Assembly (NCBI GenBank): GCA_030390025.1
Contig: CM059448.1
Location: forward strand, 10,788,001 to 10,852,000
Reading direction: 5' to 3'
DNA length: 64,000 bases
From: Squalus acanthias
Lineage: Eukaryota
This document shows positions 13,167 through 27,169 of the stretch, one piece after another; the stretch's first letter is position 1; every line of letters starts with the position of its first letter. Both the position numbers and the translations under genes were made by a program. A model generated the notes under the pieces. That model made no database searches. It had not been told where the DNA came from and saw nothing but the letters and a program-made list of their open reading frames with translations.

Positions 13167-13800
13167 TAGCAAAATACTGCAGATGCTGGAATCGTGGAGA
13201 GAAACAGAGTTAACATTTCAGGTCGATGACCCAGCGTCAGAACTGGAAAAAGTTGGAGAAGTAACAGATATTTAAGCAAGTGCAGGGGCAGGGAAAGTGG
13301 GGGAGGGGAGGAAAGAACAAAGGGAAGGTCTGTGATAGGATGGAAGGCAGGAGAGATTAAGAGACAAAAAGGATGATGGTGCAAGGCAAAAGGAGATGGT
13401 AATGGGACAAGTTAAGAAACAAAGGATGACTCTAGATGAAGTGTAAATGGCAATGGCTGAATCATCAGCAGCTGCCATGTGAGAGAGAAAAGAAAACATG
13501 GGGGCCGAGGTTATGGTCTGAAATTGTTGAACTCAATGTTGAGTCCAGAAGGCTGTAAAGTGCCTAATCGAAAGATGAGGTGCTGTTCCTCGAGCTTACG
13601 TTGAGCTTCGTTGGAACAGTGTAAGAGGCCGAAGACGGAGAGGTCAGAGTGGGAGTGGAGCAGAGAATGAAAGTGACAGGCGACCGGAAGCTCGGTCAGA
13701 CTGAACGGAGGTGTTCCGCAAAGCGATCACCCAATCTGCGTTTGGTCTCCCCAATGTAGAGGAGACCGCATCGTGAGCGGCGAATACAGGATACTAAATT
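13167..13800 (-). mobile_element. Penelope-like element 3' fragment (GIY-YIG endonuclease)
   Basis: Minus strand reads RCGLLYIGETKRRLGDRFAEHLR; related piece at ~2497-2852. Confidence 0.8.
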
Positions 13801-13885
13801 GCAAGCAGTTACTGCAAGCATTTATTTAATTCATTTCATGGCCTCCAGACATCCCAACGCGCTTCACAGCCAATTAAGTACTTTT

Positions 13886-14596
13886 GGGGGGGGGGGGGGG
13901 AATTGGGTTGCGTTGTGCCTCCCGTTAGCACCCCCAGCGGGCGCTAACGGGGCGCAAAGCCGCTAGCGCCCGGGTGCAGCGCCGCTAACGCCTCCCGTGA
14001 AATTCAGCGGGAGGTTGGCGGCGGTGGTAGCTGGTAGCGCCCTGCGGCGCTGCGCCTCCGGCGATGATGTCATTGCCGTGTGCAGTGCCCCGGCTGCAAA
14101 CTTCGGCTGCGCCCCCTGACCTATCGCCGGACAATATGTCCGACAGGGTCAGGGTGGCGCTTGTGCAGCCGCGGCGGTGGTATTTGAAGGGGCAGGTGTC
14201 GGGTGGCCATTTATTTTCTGGCCGCCTGCCAGCAGTTGCTCCCTTCCCCTCTTTCATTTGGGGTGCTGGCCGCAATCGGTCAGCCCAGCACTCCTCGAGT
14301 GCCGGGCTCTTTTGCCGGCACCCCGCTCCCTGGTGGTCCAGCAGGGCCCTGGTGCGCGCAGCGCTAGGTCCCTCCCCTTTAATAAGGGGAGGGAGGCCTG
14401 CAATGACGTGGCGCTACATGCATGTGGCGCTGTTGCACATGGCGCCGCAATATTCAGTGGTAGCGCCCCAGGAAGGAGGGGGAGCGCTTCCAGTAGCGCC
14501 CTGCCTCCTGCTTGGAGCGCTACCACTGAATTTACGGCGCAGGGCGCTGAAAGTACCACCCCGGCGAAGTTAGCGCCCCACCGAATTTTTCCCCCT
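13886..14596. mobile_element. GC-rich MITE nested in a SINE
   Basis: Ends GGGGGAATTGGG... / ...CCGAATTTTTCCCCC with subterminal tagcgcc motifs; splits SINE sequence aagtactttt|ttgaag. Confidence 0.65.
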
Positions 14597-16149
14597 TGAA
14601 GTTTAGTCACTGTTGGAATGTAGGGAAATGCGGCAATCAATTTGCACAGACGGGGCCTCGGTTTAATGTAAGTCAACAAATGCAGAAATCTGGTGACCTC
14701 ATTATGTCTCTGGGGGTTCACTCAGGGGCCTCCAAAGTTCGAGGGAGCCGGGGTTGAAAACCTGTGACTGAGATGAGATAAATCCTGAATGGCTTTTAAA
14801 ATAAAACCGGATACTGGGGTCGGAGGTCGTAGGCCGGTGAAAAGTCAATGATGACCAGATGTCAGAAGGGACTTCTTCACACGAGGGATGATAAATCTGG
14901 GGAATAATCTGCCAAACGGGCAGTACAGACGCAGGCTTTAGACGCAGTTGGATCCGAGGTTGAATGAGTTAGGCTACTGGGCAAGCTTGGTGAGTTGAAT
15001 AGCCTTTTCCTTGACTTTCCCTATGGAGCCCTGTACAGCCAGCAACATTGAAAGAGGAAGTGTAACCGAACGAAAGATCACGAGCTCCCAAATGTCACAG
15101 CGACTGCCTGCTGAAAGCAGTTTGATTTTTGCTTCTCTCCTCTGGTGCTGTGATCGTTTCAGCTGGTGTCAGCCGCCCTCCAGTACCTTGCCCAGGAAGC
15201 AAGTGTACACGCTCGAGCTTAGGCAGCGGGCTATTCGACTGCAAAAGGCATCGCGGTCAAGTGCGCACAGCAGAAGATAAAATAAAATAAGAAACACTGC
15301 AGAAGAGGATTGTGACTGACATTTCACTAAATGCTTCTCAATAGTCAATTTAACAGGAGTGGGATATACAAGAACATACAGAATATATTTATAGGTTGAC
15401 AGGTATCACGTGGTAACTCAGAAATATCCTTTTTTAATAAGGGCAGGATCATTTTATCTGCGATATATGTAAAATTCTGCAAATCTGAAATAAAAACATT
15501 TATATACACAGGATAGGGACCCAAACGTGATAAAGGACCTGCATTTATATACCTGATCACCGCTTTAGGACTTAACATCCAATAAGTTGCTCTTGAAGCG
15601 TAGCCAGAGTTGCAGACTCATGCAGCACAGCAAGCTCCCACACACAGGAAATGAGATGACATCTGTTTTTTGGGTGGTGCTGGTAGAGAGGAATGTGGAT
15701 CAGGACACCGGGAGAACACTGCTCACTCTGTGAATAGAGTCGTTTCACATCCATCTGAACAGATAGACCGGGGCCTTCAGTTTAATGTCTGATCCAAAGG
15801 ACAGCGGGATAAACGTCCGTCTTTACTGCCAGGGTGTTGACCTGGTGGAGCACATCGTGCGCCTGTTGTATCAATGGAATGAAAACCGGGCGGGTTCATC
15901 AATGGGCGGGCGATCCACCCCACCAGATTACCGCCCAGGAGGTGAAGACGAACATTTACCCCAGTATCTTTGGCGATGTAGCACTCCTTCAACTTAATGC
16001 ACTGAAGTACCAGCCTGGGCTGTGTGCTCACTCCTGGAGGTGAGGTGGGGGCTTGAACCCTTACCTTTCAACTCAGAAGAAAGGTCTGCCTACTGAGCCA
16101 ACTTAACGCTTCAGAAATAGACCGATTAATCCTTTACAAAGAATTACTT

Positions 16150-16455
16150 TTCTCTGCGCTCCTCCAATTCTGGCCTCTTGAGCATCCCCGATTTTAATCG
16201 CTCCACCATTGGCGGCCGTGCCTTCAGCTGCCGAGGCCCTAATCTCTGGAATTCCCTCCCTAAACCTCTCCGCCCCACTACCTTTCCTCCTTGAAGACGC
16301 TCCTTAAAACCTACCTCTTTGACCAAGCTTTTGATCATCTGCCCTAAAATCTCTTTCCGTGGCTCGGTGTCAAAGTTTGTTTGATAATTGCTCCTGTGCA
16401 GCGCCTTGGGACGTTTTACTACGTTAAAGGCGCTATATAAATACAAGTTGTTTAT
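16150..16455 (+). mobile_element. L2-like LINE 3' end; other copies at ~89-290 (-), ~17430-17903 (+), and degraded at ~11820-12140, ~27410-27950, ~29400-30030
   Basis: Shared CTCTGGAATTCCCTCCC..CTTAAAACCTACCTCTTTGACCAAGC..GGCGCTATATAAATACAAGTTGTT tail. Confidence 0.7.
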
Positions 16456-16781
16456 TAGCATTTTTGAGTGCAAGATTTCCTGAGAAAGCAATAAGCCACA
16501 ATGCACGGTGTTACATTGATTAACTAAACTGCCTGAAAAAGCAGTGGGAGAGCCAGGACGAATTTCCAGATTTTATCTGGGCTTCCGTCAGAACACATTC
16601 TGCTGGAGGGAGTGGGTTTAGTGAACCAAGTAACTGCCTTCATTCCATGCAGCTTCAGATGCTTGACTTTTACCTGCAGTTTATGCAAATATGTTATGAA
16701 ACATCAAGGTAATTTAGGATTTCATACCACACATTACTTGGAAATGCACAGCAGAAAAGATATGTTAATGTTTTGGGTGGA

Positions 16782-17200
16782 GACTGGAGAAGCTGGGACT
16801 GTTCTCCTTGGGGGCAGAAAAGGTTTAAGGGGAGATTTAATAGAACTGTTCAAAATTATGGGGGGGGGTTTTGATACAGTAAATAAGAGGAAACTGTTTC
16901 CACTGGCAGGAGGGGCGGTAACCAGAGGACACAGATTTAAGATAATTGGTCAAAGAACCAGAGGGGGTGATGAGAATTTTTTTTTCGCAGCGAGTTGTGG
17001 TGATCTGGAATGCGCTGCCTGATAGGAAGCAGATTCAATAATAACTTTCAAAAGGGAATTGGATATATACTTGAAAAGGAGGAATTTGCAGGGCTGTGGG
17101 GAAAGGGCAGGGGAGTGGGACTAATTGGAGAGCTCTTTCAAAGAGCTGGCACAGGCACGATGGTACGACAGGCCTCCTTCTGTGCTGTGTGATTCTATGA
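16782..17200 (+). mobile_element. CR1 LINE 3' fragment
   Basis: LRGDLIELFKIM..TRGHRFK; gattctatg tail. Confidence 0.85.
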
Positions 17201-18402
17201 TCCTTTGTCAGAGCTGGTCTGAAGAAATGTGTTTATTAGAAATGTTAATCTCTCTTCGATTTTCAGATGCTGAGAGTCGAGCTGTGTAATTCCAGCATTT
17301 TCTGTTATATCTGATTGGCAGTATTTTTTTTTAACTCAATGAATCATTCACATTACAGCGCAGGAGGCCAGTCAGGCCTGTGCCAGTGGTTAGCTCTTCT
17401 ACTCTCATCTGATTTCTCGATCCTTTCCCCTTATCCCGTTCGCCCATCACCCCTGGGCTCGCTGACCTACATTGGATCCCGGTTAAGCAGCGCCTCGATT
17501 TCAAAATTCTCATCCTTGTTTTCAAATCCCTCCATGGCCTCGCCCCTCCCTATCTCTATAATCTCCTTCAGCCCCACAACCCCCCGAGATATCTGCGCTC
17601 CTCTAATTCTGCCCTCTTGATCATCCCTGATTATAATCGCTCAACCTTTGGTGGCCGTGCCTTCTGTTGCCTAGGCCCTAAGCTCTGGAATTCCCTGCCT
17701 AAACCTGTCCGCCTCGCTACCTCTCTTTCCTCCTTTAAGACGCTCCTTAAAACCTACCTCTTTGACCAAGCTTTTGATCATCTGACCTAATTTCTCGTTA
17801 TGTGGCTCGGTGTCAAATTTTTTTGTCTTATAACACTCCTGTGCAGCGCCTTGGGATGCTTTACTACATTACAGGCGCTATATAAAAACAAGTTGTTGTT
17901 GTTATCCTTTGCTGTCTTTCATTTTCAATTACTTATGCACCTGATCACAGTCATGCAATAAGATAGAGGCAAGAAAGGCTACAACAAAGACCCCATTCTA
18001 TCTATGCACTGCAGCAACTCACCAAGGCTTCTTTGACAGCACCTCCCAAACCCACGACCTCTTCCACCGAGAAGGACAAGGGCAGCAGACACAAGGGAAC
18101 ACTATTAACTCCAAGTTCCCCTCCAAGTCACACACCATCCTGACTTGGAAGTATATCGGCCGTTCCTTCATCGTCGCTGGGTCAAAATCCTGGAACTCCC
18201 TCCATAACAGCACTGTGGGAGTACCTTCACCACACTGACTGCAGCGGTTCAAGAAGGCGGCTCACCACCACCTTCTCGAGGGCAACTAGGGATGGGCAAT
18301 AAATGCTGGCCTTGCCAGCGACGCCCAGATCCCAGGACCGAATTTAAAAAAAATCTAAAATATGCTTGCAAGTTTTGAGGGCGTGTCACACTATAGACAA
18401 AA

Positions 18403-19226
18403 TGGCCGGAATTTTGAGTAGGAAGGCGGGTAGGGCCAGGGGGGGGTCTCCGAGGCGGTTGGGAAATCCGGGAGGCCGGGTTTCCCAGAGGCCCTGCTGA
18501 CTTTGACGGCAGGGCCTGATTTGCATGCGAGGTTTCCCGACCGCAGCCAGCCAGATTGAGAGGCTGGTTGGCTGCACGCGGGTAGGCCTACAGCTGCACA
18601 GAGGAGGGAGGGAGGGTTTGCGTGGTGCCCGAGCCGTTAAATAGATTGGGTGGGGGGTCAGGCAGAGGATCGGTGGGGGGGAGAGAGAGGATCAGAACCA
18701 GATGATTGGAGGGGGTGGGGTAGGCGTTGGGGCAAAGGGGGGGCGCCACTGGAGGATCGGTGGGGGAAGAGAAGATTGTTGCTGGCCACTGGAGGATCTT
18801 GGCCGGCCTCAGCATCATCGCTGGGGTGGGGGGAGAATGCCTGGTGGGGATGATCTGAGGCCTCATGAGGGGGTCTCTGATCGCGGGTGGTGGGTGAGGC
18901 AGGGACCCTGGATCCAGGAGGTAGGTATAAAGGCACTTACCTCCTGGATCCAGCAGTCCCCGCCTTGCTGTAACTGCCGTGTTTCACGAACTGTGTGAAA
19001 CCCATCCACATGCAGTTAAAAACAAAATGGAGGTTAAAAAAAAAAGAGGCTGCCAGCCTCATTCTAAAATTCACATTGACGTTCCTGGGAGCGTGTTGGC
19101 TGCCCCCCCCCCCCCGTCCCGTCTCCTTAAAATCGGAAGTGGGCGGGTTGGAGGCGGGATCTGGTCGGGAATCCCATTTTAAACAAATTAACAACCCGGT
19201 TTTTTTAAGGTTGAAATTCCCCCCCC
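18403..19226. mobile_element. GC-rich non-autonomous DNA transposon (Harbinger-like ends)
   Basis: GGCCGGAATTTT ... GAAATTCCCCC termini, similar to the element at 45571. Confidence 0.5.
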
Positions 19227-19326
19227 TACACTTTTTTAACATATGCAAAACCATCTTAAAGCGAACAGGATTACGGGCTGAGTTACTGCAGAAAACCATG
19301 TATAACACCTGCCAATACATTACAGT

Positions 19327-19598
19327 TAGGGTTACCAACTCTGGTTGGACGTATTCCTGGAGCATGCATCACATGACCTCCCATTGCCAACCGTCCCATC
19401 CAGTAAAACATTCTCCTCCCCCCGCCCCCATAACTAATAAATGAAAGTGTTAAAAGTAATTCAATAAAAGTCTCGCCATTTTTTTTTAAAGTCCCTATGG
19501 TTTTTCTCCTGGGTTATTGCTGGCAGCAGCGAGTGTCCAGGAGAATAATCTTCAATTCCTGGAGGCTCCAGGGCAATCCTGGAGGGTTGGCAACCCTA
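19327..19598. mobile_element. hAT-like MITE (a second, degraded copy at ~23318-23590)
   Basis: TIR TAGGGTTACCAAC / GTTGGCAACCCTA, degenerate 8-bp TSD attacagt/gttatagt. Confidence 0.7.
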
Positions 19599-20235
19599 GT
19601 TATAGTGTAGCTAAAGATACCTAACAAGCACATGATCACATGAGCGTCTATATTATAAGTACTATGAATACTTATTTATATACACGCACACTGACATCAA
19701 TAACCGTAACCAAAATGCCTCAAATGTAACAGAATCTCAATTTTATCACGAAAATAGATATTTTTTTTTACACTGGGCTTTCTCCAGCTTGCCACTAATA
19801 TTTGAAATGGCAGACATCATACACAAGACATGGTTCAATGTCTTACAACTAAAAACCTGTTTCACCAAGCGTGAGAAACTAGTTTCTGATTTGTTTTCAT
19901 TTCACCTTTAATATGTATTTTATTTTCTCAGAAGGTTGTGGGTTGAAGTCCCACTCCAGAGCCTTGAGCACATAATGTAGGCTGACACTTCACTGCAGTG
20001 CTGAGGCTCGGAGCGCTGCACTGTCGGAGGTGCCGTCCTTCGGATGAGACGTTAAATCGAGGCCCAATCTGCTCTCTCAGGTGGGCGTAAAAAATCCCAT
20101 TGCACTATTTCGAAGAAGTCAGGCCAATATTTATCCCTCAATCAACATAACAAAAACTCATTATCACATTGCTGTTTGTGGGAGCTTGCTGTGTGCACAT
20201 TGGCTGCTGTGTTTCCCAGATTACTCATGCAAGGC

Positions 20236-20375
20236 ATTTATTTATTTATTTAGTTCCTTATTTATTTATTTACTTCCTTATTTATTTATTTACTTCCTTA
20301 TTTATTTACTTCCTTATTTATTTATTTACTTCCTTATTTATTTATTTATTTACTTCCTTCCTTCCTTCCTCCCTC
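20236..20375. repeat. AT-rich micro/minisatellite (TTTA)n-CTTCC compound repeat
   Basis: Visible tandem ttatttatttacttcc units. Confidence 0.9.
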
Positions 20376-20377
20376 CC

Positions 20378-21168
20378 AGTGCAACGAAGGTTCACCAGAC
20401 TGATTCCTGGGATGGGGGGATTGGCCTATGAGGACAGATTGAGTAGACTAGGCCTATATTCTCTGGCGTTTAGAAGAATGAGAGGTGATCTCATTGAAAC
20501 ATACAAAATTCTTACAGGGCTTGACAGGGTAGATGCAGGGAGGATGTTTCCCCTGGCTGGGGAGTCTAGAGCCAGGGGTCACAGTCTCACAGAATCACAG
20601 AATCCCCACAGTGCAGATAGAGGCCATTTCGGCCCATCGAGCCTGCACCGACACATATCCCACCCTATCCCCGTAACCCCACCTAACACTAAGGGTCAAT
20701 TTAACTTAGCCAAATCAACCTAACCCGCACATCTTTGGACTGTGGGAGGAAACCGGAGCACCCGGAGGAAACCCACGCAGACACGGGGAGAATGTGCAAA
20801 CTCCACACAGACAGTCACCCGAGGCCGGATTCGAACCCGGGTCCCTGACGCTGTGAGGCAACAGTGCTAACCACTATGCCACCGTGTTGCCCTCAGAATA
20901 AGGGGTCGGCCATTTAGGACTGAGATGAGGAGAAATTTCTTCACTCAGGAGGGTGGTGAATCTTTGGAATTCTCTACCCCAGAGGGCTCAGTCGTTGAGT
21001 ATATTCAAGACCGAGATCGATAGATTTTTGAATATTAAGGAATCAAGGGATATGGGGATAGTGCAGGAAAGTGGAGATGAGGTAGAAGATCGCCCATGAT
21101 CTTATTGAATGGCGGAGCAGGCTCGAGGGGCCGTGTGGCCTGCTCCTGCTCCTATTTCTTATGTTCTT
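20378..21168 (+). mobile_element. CR1 LINE 3' fragment hosting an HE1-like SINE
   Basis: [21 protein letters not shown]; resumes after ~20892; ttcttatgttctta tail. Confidence 0.88.
20590..20892 (-). mobile_element. HE1-like V-SINE (tRNA-derived)
   Basis: A box TGGCATAGTGG, B box GGTTCGAATCC, V-domain core GTGGAGTTTGCACATTCTCCCCGTGTCTGCGTGGGTTTCCTCCGGG. Confidence 0.85.
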
Positions 21169-24100
21169 ATATAAATGCAAGTCTTTCTTTTATCTCTGCC
21201 TCACACGGCGTCTCCCTGTACGACTACTTCAGCAGGCTGGGTGAGCAGGCTGCTGCTGAAGTCACTTTCTACATGGCCACTAGGGGGTACGGGCCAGTGG
21301 CTCTGGGTGGTGTTTAGGAATGATGTGCACTTCGAAAACTAAAGTGGACATTAATGATTCCACCAGTCATCCCTTTTTTTTAAAGGAGTCAAACTATTAC
21401 AAAAAATCAGCTTTAACTACAACATCTGTTTGTTTCTATGTTTTCCCTTTAAGTCGTGAATCTCGAGAGCTTCATCAGGTGCTGGATTGGTGAGTTGTTG
21501 TCGATTTACTGACCCTTGGCAGTGTGTATCAGTATTAATCCAGGGGTGAACCAATTTCAGCATCAAAACAGAATCCCCCAACAGTAACGGCAGCACATGG
21601 AATATGAACATTAAAAAAAATATAGGCATAAAAGCAAATATTAATTCTTTGCAACAATTAGATTTTTTCTGACCATTTCTTTGTGCGACTCAGGGTGAAG
21701 CAGATTAGGGCTGGGGAATGGACACTTTCCATCTCAGGCACCCACTGTCAGCGCCAAACACCGCGGTTCAGGTACAGGCCCCCTACCAGATGCAGAGTTA
21801 CGCTCCCTCTGTTCTGCCCCCAAAAACATAGCTCAGCTCCCACCTCAGAAGCACGCCGCCGACTGCACCAGCGTGGGATCTTCCCATTTACTTCCCATCC
21901 TTGTGGGAGCTCCTAATAAAGAAAGACTTGCATTTATATATCGCCTTTCATGACCTCAGGGCGATTACAGCCAATTAATTACTTTCTTTTTTGAAATGCA
22001 GTCACTATTATAATGTCGGCAAACGCGACCAGCCAACTGGTGCACAGTAAGATCCCACAAACATTAATGAGAGGAAAAGACCACTTCATCTGTTTTAGTC
22101 GGTGTTGGTTGAGGGATAAATGCTGGCCGGGACGCCGAAAGACGGCACCTCCGACAGTGCTGCACTCCCTCAGCGCTGCACCGGAGTGATAGCCGAGTAA
22201 GATTGCCAGTAAGTATTTACTTAAAAAATAATGATATTGATGGTCAACAACTGCTCATTGAAAAATTAAAGGATTAGAGACCTGATCGTTCTGTCTGCTT
22301 TTTGCTTTTATTTCCGTACCACAGCTAAACATGAGGTGTCACCGTGCCAGTGCATTCATTCCAGTGGAACCAGTAAATACAGAATAATGAGGTTACACAC
22401 AGCCGAGGACACAAACTCAATAAAAAATCTTTCATTCAACCCATTAAATCAGAGAATGTGTGCAGCTCTCTATTACACTGACCTTCCCTTTGAAAAGAGC
22501 TGTAACTGTGCCATAACGAGCAGTGTACACATGTAAGCAAATGGCTTGCATTAAGGAGATCGCAAAAACAGCAAGAAGTAGTAGTATGTCTTTCCTAAAT
22601 GTTGCTGTAGCGGTAAAAGCAACGAGTGCAGGCCAGGCCAGGCACGCCCCCTGGTGTATCTTGCTGTATTTAAGCCGGATTCCTGTCCCGCAACCTGCTG
22701 CCTCTGAGACAGGTTCAAAGTACAACCACTTTACAGTAAGATGGCTGTCATCAGTGACCTGGGTTCAGAAACTCGATGCAAAGTGGTCAGATTCCCAGGT
22801 GATACCAAACTCGGAAGGCCAATGGAATCTGAGCAGGCTGCTCACACATGACAAAAGTGGGTTGGACAAAAAGTGCATAAACACTGCACGTAGCAAGGAA
22901 AAAAATAAGCAACACGCTTAGCCCATGAAAGGAGCTGAAATAGCTAAAGATGAAGTTTAACGAGAGCTAGGAGTCTTGGTAGATTCGAAACTCAACATGT
23001 CCAATCAACAAAGCCAATAGAATGTTGGACCTCCATAGCCAAAACAGTCAGAGGAAGTGGTGATCAAACACTGAGGGACTGAGGTGGTAAAAGCTTAAAG
23101 ACGACATGTTCCGGGTATTTATTTTTGTTTTCGGAATGTGGGCGACCCTGGCAAGGCTGCATATACTGCCCATTCCTAGTTGCCCTGAGAAGGTGGTGGT
23201 GGACCTTCTCCATGAACCACTGCAGTCCTTGTGGTGATGGTGCTCCTACAATGGCGTTAGGCAGGGAATTCACTATTGGGGGCTGGGGGTGGGGGGGGGT
23301 CGTTCAGACCTAGATCTCGGGTTGCCAACTCTGCTTGGACATATTCCTGGAGGTTTTATCACGTGACCCTCCCCAACTCCAACTGTCCCGCCCAGTCAAA
23401 CTGCCTTTTTATCCCATCGCCTCTATTCTTAGAACGAATGAACGAAAGCGTTCAAAGAAAATGAGGAAAAAAAGCACGATTTGTTTGAACGCACCTGTGA
23501 TTTTTCTTCCGATTTGCCCGGAGCAGCGCCCAGGAGATTAATCTTTAATTCCTGGAGGCTCCAGGACAATACTCAGAAGGTTGGCAACGGCAGGGAGATG
23601 CCAACTTTTCCAAATATTTGGTTACAGGATCGCACATAATCTGAGCGCACACCTCTCAAACTGTCCCGTTTTAATCATCAAGTCATCCAAACAGTAACCA
23701 GGAGCGCTGGGAAATCTAGCAGCAAGACTCCCGAGTCAGAAAAATCAGCTTAAAAAAAAACCAGAACAACCTAAACGCCAACAAAATTCCGCCCTTTCAA
23801 CACCCTGTAGGTTGGGAGGCATGTCCGGCTGGGAAATGTCAGACTGCAGCAGACTCCGTAGGCCAAGTTTTGCGAGACCCCGGGGTCGATTAATGTCAGT
23901 ATCGCTTGTGCGTAAAGCACCCGCCTGGGAGGCGCACGAAACGGAAAAAAAAATCAGGCGGAGAGGATCGCAGGCCCGGAACGGATCCCGCGGGATTTTC
24001 CCTCCGTTGATACGAATGGAAGGTAAATCAGGCGGGGCTGGGGCTGTGTGCCAGTTTCCTGCCTGATCCTGTGCAGTCAACACGCCCAGGCAGTACAGAC

Positions 24101-24244
24101 AGAAATCACCCCCCACCCCGGGGATATATATCTAAATATAGATTTTTATCTATTCTAATCAAAAATAACATTCATTGAAACTTTTTTTTGAGTGGGGAGG
24201 GTGCGGGTGGCAGGAGGAGAGAGACGTACACGATAACATCAGGT

Positions 24245-24535
24245 TGATAACCAGAGGGCACAGATTTAAGGTGATTGGCAAAAGAACCGAGGCGACATGA
24301 GGAAAAACCTTTTTACGCAACGAGTGGTTAGGATTTGGAATGCGCTACCTGATAGGGTGGTGGAGGCAGATTCAATAGTAGCTTCAAAAGGGAATTGGAT
24401 AAATACTTGGGAGGAGAAAAAATTGCAGGAATATGGGGAAAGAGCGGGGAGTGGGACTGACTGGATTGCTCTTCGAAAGAGCCGGCGCAGACTCGATGGT
24501 CCGAATGGCCTCCTTCTGTGCTGTACTATTCCATG
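24245..24535 (+). mobile_element. CR1 LINE 3' end
   Basis: FTQRVVRIWNALP. Confidence 0.8.
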
Positions 24536-26665
24536 ATTTTTCTTTTCCTTTGGACTTCCATATGTCTCCTGTATGCTCTGACGCTGGAAATCCAGCTTTT
24601 GTATTATTTTTTCAGAGAGGGAACGAGATGGACAATCGCTTGGTTGTTTGGGGGTGGAGTGGAGAATGACCCACAGGCCCCTCTCCAAACACCTCTGGGT
24701 GGATGTAATGTAATGGAGGCGGCAGAGGGGGAAGAGGAGATTTGGCTGGGTTGTGGTCAATGGGATTGGGGGCATAATCCATGCAGTTCACCCAAGAGAG
24801 GGAGGGAAAATAAGGTAGATGACTCATACTGGACCTACCTCATACACGTAGAGGCACTACAGAACAAGTTGCGGAACAGTGAAGAGATGGCGGTGGGAGG
24901 GCAAGAAAGCCCGGCACAGGGGACCTAAAGGAACATAAGAACAAGAGTAGGCCCCTCAAGCCTGTTCTGCCATTCAATAAGATCACGGCTGATCTGTAGC
25001 TTAACTCCATCTACCCGCCTTGGTTCCGTAACCCTTAATACCCTTGCCTAACAAAATTCTATCCATTTCAGTTTTGAAATTTTCAATTGACCCCCGATCC
25101 TCAATAACTTTTTGGGGGAGAGAATTCCAGATTTCCACTACCTTTTGTGTGAAGAAGTTCTACCTGACATCACCCTTGAATGGCCTGGCTCTAATTTTAA
25201 GGTTATGACCCCCCTTGTTCTGGAAGCGGACATAACCTTAAGGAGATGGAAGTATTTTTTTTTTTATTATTTGAAGGGAGGGGAAAGAAATTAAGATGTA
25301 CAATGTAGCAAGCTGGCCATGCTGTAGAAAGTTGGTTTAACACTGGTATTCAAGACAATCTGGACACACTCACCACAAGAAATGCCTTGACAGTACCTGT
25401 AGGCAGACACAATTCGACCCTGAGAAGCTCTACTTTCTGTAGGAAGCCAAAAGCCAGCCGCTTCTGCATCGTACTCAACTCAAAGTCCCAAACTTACTGG
25501 CGCTCATCAACCTAACCTGCCCTTGAAGAAGAGCAGCATCCTTCAGGGTCAGGTCTTGGTTTTGTGAATGGAGTCAGGATTTAACGTCTTTAAGGGGAGA
25601 CCAACTAAGCAATAAGTAGTGTCTTGTCAGCTGGGTCAAGGTGGTTCAGCCCACTTCCAGAGGACAATGTGGTCACTCCTAGTAGAAGAAAAAGGAGAAT
25701 TAGTCATGTTGGTCCAATTCACATCCAGTCAATAATGTCAGTGTCAATGATGACTCACTCGAATTCATGTGACACCATATGAATGACCTTTATTGTATTC
25801 TTTTTACATCTAGTCGGAGTCCTCACAACAAATAACGGCCAAATCTGGAATATCTGCAAGTGTCAGTCGTGACTCAGTGGTAGCATTCTCGCCACTGAGT
25901 GAGAAGATCCCGCTCCAGTGACTTGAGCACATAATCTAGGCTGACACTTACATGCAGCACTCCTTCAGTACTGCACTAAGAGATGACATCTTTCAGAGGA
26001 GACCTTAAAACTATATTTCTCTAATACACACACGCTGCGTGGCTCACAGTACGTCTGTAATATAGCTACTGCTGTCTTTGACTAAATTACTGAAGGCAAT
26101 TGACTGAAGAGCTGTCAATTGTGCCTGGTCTTGCTATTAGTCTTGTCTGATGAATGGCATTAATGGGCAGTAGTCTTCACAGAGCAGTACCAGCGGAAAA
26201 CTGAATAGAAATTTAGTGCACTATAGGTACTGGTTTCAAACTAGCCACCGTTTACAACATGTGGCCAGCAGACCGGAGTTATACTGCAGGCTCTCTATTA
26301 CATTTTTTGGTCAGGAAGAATCGAGCTCTGGCATCTGGGTGGCATCTAACTTTTAATGTTAGCAGGAGCTGACTGCCCCTTTAGTTCTCTGCTACCGTAG
26401 AAAATTGCAGGGACAGAAGGGGAAGAGAACAATCTAGGTGTGGACTTGTCAACAGCTGTCCTGTGCTCAGTTGACAGCATCAACCTGCTCTATATCAGTA
26501 CAGAAGATAGAGCCACCTGGACCAGGGCTGGACGAGCCTTACGCTAGACCTTGTCTTGTGACCAGTCGCAGGTCCGACATAAGCTCTGTCACTTATCAGT
26601 GACCTTGAGTTTCAAGAGGAGTACAGATGAGTAAAACATTAATGCTTAGTCAGCTTGGCTCAGTC

Positions 26666-26696
<31 letters not shown>

Positions 26697-27154
26697 GTAG
26701 GTTAAGCCTCATTCTAGGACTTGAGCTTGACTTGTAGGCTGACACTTCAACAGAGTACTGAGGAAGAGCTGTATTGTTAGAGGTGCCATCTTTCAGATGA
26801 GACATTACATCGAGGCCCTGCCCTCCGTTTCCAGTGGTTCAAGTGGATGCAAAACATCTGTTTGAAGAAGTACAACGAGTTGTTCCGGTGACCTGGTAAA
26901 CATTCCTCCCTCAACCAACACCATCAAAAATAGATTAATAGTCATGCAACCTCATTTGCTCTTTGTGGGATGCTGCTGTGCACAAGTTTCCTGCTGCATT
27001 TGCCTACAGTCACTGCACTTCAAAGTAATTTGTTGGTTGTGAAGCACTTTGGGATGCTCCAAGGACATGATAAGGGTCTATATAAACGCAAGTTCTTTCT
27101 TTCTTTCCTTATTAGTACTTCCACATACTTACACGGAATCCTCTTTTCCAATTT

Positions 27155-27169
27155 TCAGTATGGCTTCTT
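27155..27169 (-). CDS. TAPBPL: Tapasin-like exon 8, coding part KKPY* (KKxx ER-retrieval signal); exon continues to a donor after 27133
   Basis: ctcttcaacag|AAG AAG CCA TAC TGA, then 22 nt of UTR and |gtaagt. Confidence 0.75.
   Translation of the reverse strand, partial: KKPY

Noticed and set aside
13985-14721. Overlapping 96-169-aa ORFs on both strands and a CpG-island look
   Set aside because: They lie inside a GC-rich MITE nested in a SINE and show no recognisable domain
20081-20723. Hydrophobic LFIYFLIY-repeat ORFs resembling membrane proteins
   Set aside because: Translation of an AT-rich microsatellite fused to SINE and CR1 sequence
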